64,000 bases of DNA from Cyanophyceae cyanobacterium (GTDB lineage Bacteria; Cyanobacteriota; Cyanobacteriia; Cyanobacteriales; Laspinemataceae). Below, in pieces: positions 61,354 through 64,000 of the stretch (positions within the stretch are counted from its first letter, which is position 1; each line of letters begins with the position of its first letter). The stretch is from assembly GCA_038321985.1 (NCBI GenBank), contig JBBQFN010000003.1, positions 350,097-414,096 of the forward strand, written 5' to 3'. The notes beneath the pieces are model-generated. The model was not told where the DNA came from. It ran no database searches and saw only the letters and a list, made by a program, of their open reading frames with translations. A program made the position numbers and the translations under genes.

Positions 61354-61381
61354 TGTGTTCTATCCCCTGCAATTGTGACTA

Positions 61382-63256
61382 TTAGGGCATCCGCCAAATT
61401 TTGATGTCCCAACCCCCCCCCACCAAGGTTTGACCATCGGGAGTCAAGGCGATCGCCGCCGCTTCAGAGGGGAAAAAGTGCAATAATGCACCCGTCCTCA
61501 CATCCCAAACCCGAATCGCATCAATGTCTTGTTCATTGACAGTTCCGACCAAAGTTCCCCCGTCATTGCTGAAGGCGACTTCAAAAAAGGTAGCATCAGG
61601 ATTACGGGCGATCGTGCGAAGTAAATCCCCGTTGGCGATATTCCACAGTCGAATCGTTCCCTCTCCACCCGTTGCCAAAGTTTGACCATCGGGACTAAAC
61701 GCCAGGGTTCGGACTGCATTAATATCCGCAGAAATCGTCCGAATTAACTCCCCGGTTTGCAGATTCCAGACTCTCACTAGCCCATCTTCACTACTGCTAG
61801 CACCCATTCGACCATCGGAACTCAGGGCCACATCTAACATTGCCGTTTGGCGATCGTCCAGAGTGCGCAGCACTTCGCCGGTATTCAAATCCCACAGTTT
61901 CACCGTGCGATCGCGACTGCTGCTGATTGCTGTCGTCCCATTCGGGGCGATCGCCAATCCAGTGACTTCGTTGGTATGTCCTGTCAGGGTTTGAGTCAGA
62001 GTCCCGGTTCTAATATCCCAAATTTTGATCTCTCCATCTGTGCCACCACTAATCGCACGTTGTCCATTCGGGGCGATCGCCAAGGCACCCACTCTCCCTC
62101 TATGTCCCGGTAGAGTCCGAATCCGTTGTCCAGTTCGGAGATCCCAGATATTAATGGGGGCGAGATCGGCCCCGCGATGACCACTTGCCATAATAAATCC
62201 TTGACCATCAATGGCGATCGTAGTCGCATCCATTGAGGCGGAAATAGACTCACATTGACGGTTCCCGCTTGTGTCCGTGACGCATTGTTCCACCTTTGAA
62301 TCCGGAGTGATTCCTGTCGGTTGAAAGTTCAAAACATTAGTCAGAACAGCAGTTTGCCAGCGTTGATTTCCGGCAGCGATCGGCATCGGAGGACTTGCTG
62401 AAGTTTCCGTCGGTGTCACTATTTCTGGGGTTTCTATTTCTGGGGTTTCTATTTCTGGGGTTTCTACTTCTGGTATTGCTGCCGTTGTGACAGCTTCCGG
62501 TGAAGCGACGTATTGTTGAGGCACTAAAGCAATAGAACCGATATCTTCCTGGACTTGACAAATCATTGATGCCAATTCAGCCCGGGAGATCGGTTCGGTG
62601 GGGTTTAAAGTCCGGACATCCGGATAATTAACAACCAAACGGTTTTGAATTCCCGCTGCGATCGCCCCTCTTGCATAGTCCGGAATCTCTTCCCAATCGG
62701 TTAGAGATGCCTCAACTGTCTCGATCCCATTCTCCGAAGATTTGTAGCGCAACCCGGTTGTCAACAAGGCGATCGCCTGCCAACGGGGAATCACCTGAGT
62801 CGGGTTAAAAGCGCGACCCGAATAAGCCGAAATAAACCCCCGAGTGTACGCTTCCTGTACAATTTCCCGTCCCCAATAATCCGTGGGAATATCAATAAAT
62901 TCAATCGGATCCCGAACGGATTCAGCATTTGGGAATGCTTTGCGAACCACTGCGGCAAACTCCACCCGCTTAAGCGGGTCCTCGGGGAGAAAGGTTTCTT
63001 GGGAGAACACCGAAAGAATATCTCGTTGGGCGAGGTTCTCAATACAAGTCCGCGCCCAATGGTTAGTAATATCCGTATAGGCAGACTGGGCATTTGCCGA
63101 TTCCATCACCCCCAGGGGCAGCATTAACCCAATGACCACCCTTAATACCCGGATTTGAGAACGGTAGGGCAACCGTGGATTTTCGGGGTTTTCCCCAAGG
63201 GCAACACCCAATCCCCTCAAAAGTCTTAGTCCCTGGAATTTCTGCCAATCCTTCAT
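61382..63256 (-). CDS. S-layer homology (SLH) + WD40 repeat protein
   Basis: YTDITNHWA...F.PEDPLKRVEFA, FIDIPTDYW, LVVNYP...ISRAELA; ETPEI x3 linker; WD40 GH...WD repeats. Confidence 0.9.
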   Translation of the reverse strand: MKDWQKFQGLRLLRGLGVALGENPENPRLPYRSQIRVLRVVIGLMLPLGVMESANAQSAYTDITNHWARTCIENLAQRDILSVFSQETFLPEDPLKRVEFAAVVRKAFPNAESVRDPIEFIDIPTDYWGREIVQEAYTRGFISAYSGRAFNPTQVIPRWQAIALLTTGLRYKSSENGIETVEASLTDWEEIPDYARGAIAAGIQNRLVVNYPDVRTLNPTEPISRAELASMICQVQEDIGSIALVPQQYVASPEAVTTAAIPEVETPEIETPEIETPEIVTPTETSASPPMPIAAGNQRWQTAVLTNVLNFQPTGITPDSKVEQCVTDTSGNRQCESISASMDATTIAIDGQGFIMASGHRGADLAPINIWDLRTGQRIRTLPGHRGRVGALAIAPNGQRAISGGTDGEIKIWDIRTGTLTQTLTGHTNEVTGLAIAPNGTTAISSSRDRTVKLWDLNTGEVLRTLDDRQTAMLDVALSSDGRMGASSSEDGLVRVWNLQTGELIRTISADINAVRTLAFSPDGQTLATGGEGTIRLWNIANGDLLRTIARNPDATFFEVAFSNDGGTLVGTVNEQDIDAIRVWDVRTGALLHFFPSEAAAIALTPDGQTLVGGGWDIKIWRMP

Positions 63257-63502
63257 TACCTAATCCCCATCACCGTAACACATAGAATAGACTGTCCTGG
63301 AAGAGTCTGGCCTATCTCACCGAACCGATTGTAGTGAATTGTAGGAGAAAAAACACTCCCTCCGACAATCCTCCCCCAAAATCCTGGACAATAATAAGAA
63401 TCATTGATTTGAGATTGATTCCCGATCAAGACTGACCCTTCACCTCTAGCTTTTGACAACATCGGGGGAATCTGTGGTCCCAGTCAACCCCTTTCCCCGA
63501 GA

Positions 63503-63862
63503 CTAACTTTTATTCATCAACAGAATATCTTGAACACTTAAAAATTGTTCTCGCCCACACCAAGATCCGTAATAGATAGGTTGCTTAACCTTCAATCCAA
63601 CGCGATCGCCCAACTCCTGAAAAAACTGTTCTTCATAAGCCACCGCCGACTCTGGAAAATTGGGATCGGCAAAACGATAAGTATCAAAAATTTCTGTAAA
63701 GTTAAGAGTGCTGCGCCCCATTTCCAGACAGTTTAACGAGTCTTTATTTAATAAAAAAGCAGTAACTAAAGCCCGCCCTTTGGGTTTAAGCACTCGAGAA
63801 ATTTCTCCTAAATAATTTGCAATTCCATCGGGTAAAATATGGGTAAAAACCGAAGTCAAAAA
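63503..63862 (-). pseudogene. C-terminal fragment of class I SAM-dependent methyltransferase
   Basis: FLTSVFTHIL...YLGEISRVLKPKG; the upstream frame hits a stop at ~63899 with no SAM-binding motif I. Confidence 0.75.
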
Positions 63863-64000
63863 TGGCTCTTCAGACTTTTTGGTGATAAGTTTTTCTAATT
63901 AGTTACTGAGCGTTTAAATGTTTTTGAGTGGCTACCTCTCTAATTTATAATGACTATGATGAAAAAGCTGCTAAAAGACGTAACCGAAAGTTGTCAAAAT

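Noticed and set aside
1..64000. Abundant GCGATCGC octamers as a novel repeat system
   Set aside because: This is HIP1, a well-known cyanobacterial genome signature.

Overview
A 64-kb chromosomal segment from a filamentous cyanobacterium. The HIP1 octamer GCGATCGC is very frequent, and gene content and repeat families suggest Oscillatoriales (taxonomy inferred). The housekeeping backbone includes grpE-dnaK-dnaJ-tusA-rsgA, purH, uvrA and mnmE. Three accessory blocks stand out. (1) At 5.8-13.3 kb, a toxin-antitoxin/defence island (HicAB units, some frameshifted; MNT-HEPN; a Trypco1-like protein plus a trypsin-NACHT-HEAT protein; VapBC), with the same AGAAACCSGGTTTCT palindromic element at almost every module boundary. 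(2) At 23-27 kb, four co-oriented Fe(II)/2OG oxygenases, three sharing an unnamed ~70-aa N-terminal module and one lacking its catalytic residues. (3) At 46-52 kb, a second island with Uma2, VapBC, a TPR-CHAT protease (catalytic His changed to Pro, in-frame REP insertion), three uncharacterised downstream ORFs and an MNT pseudogene. Two paralogous HisKA-HATPase-REC-PP2C hybrids carry different sensors. A RiPP-type radical SAM gene is cut by the left edge, and a truncated methyltransferase lies near the right edge. No rRNA, tRNA or CRISPR array was recognised. All family calls are from motif recognition by eye; no searches were run.
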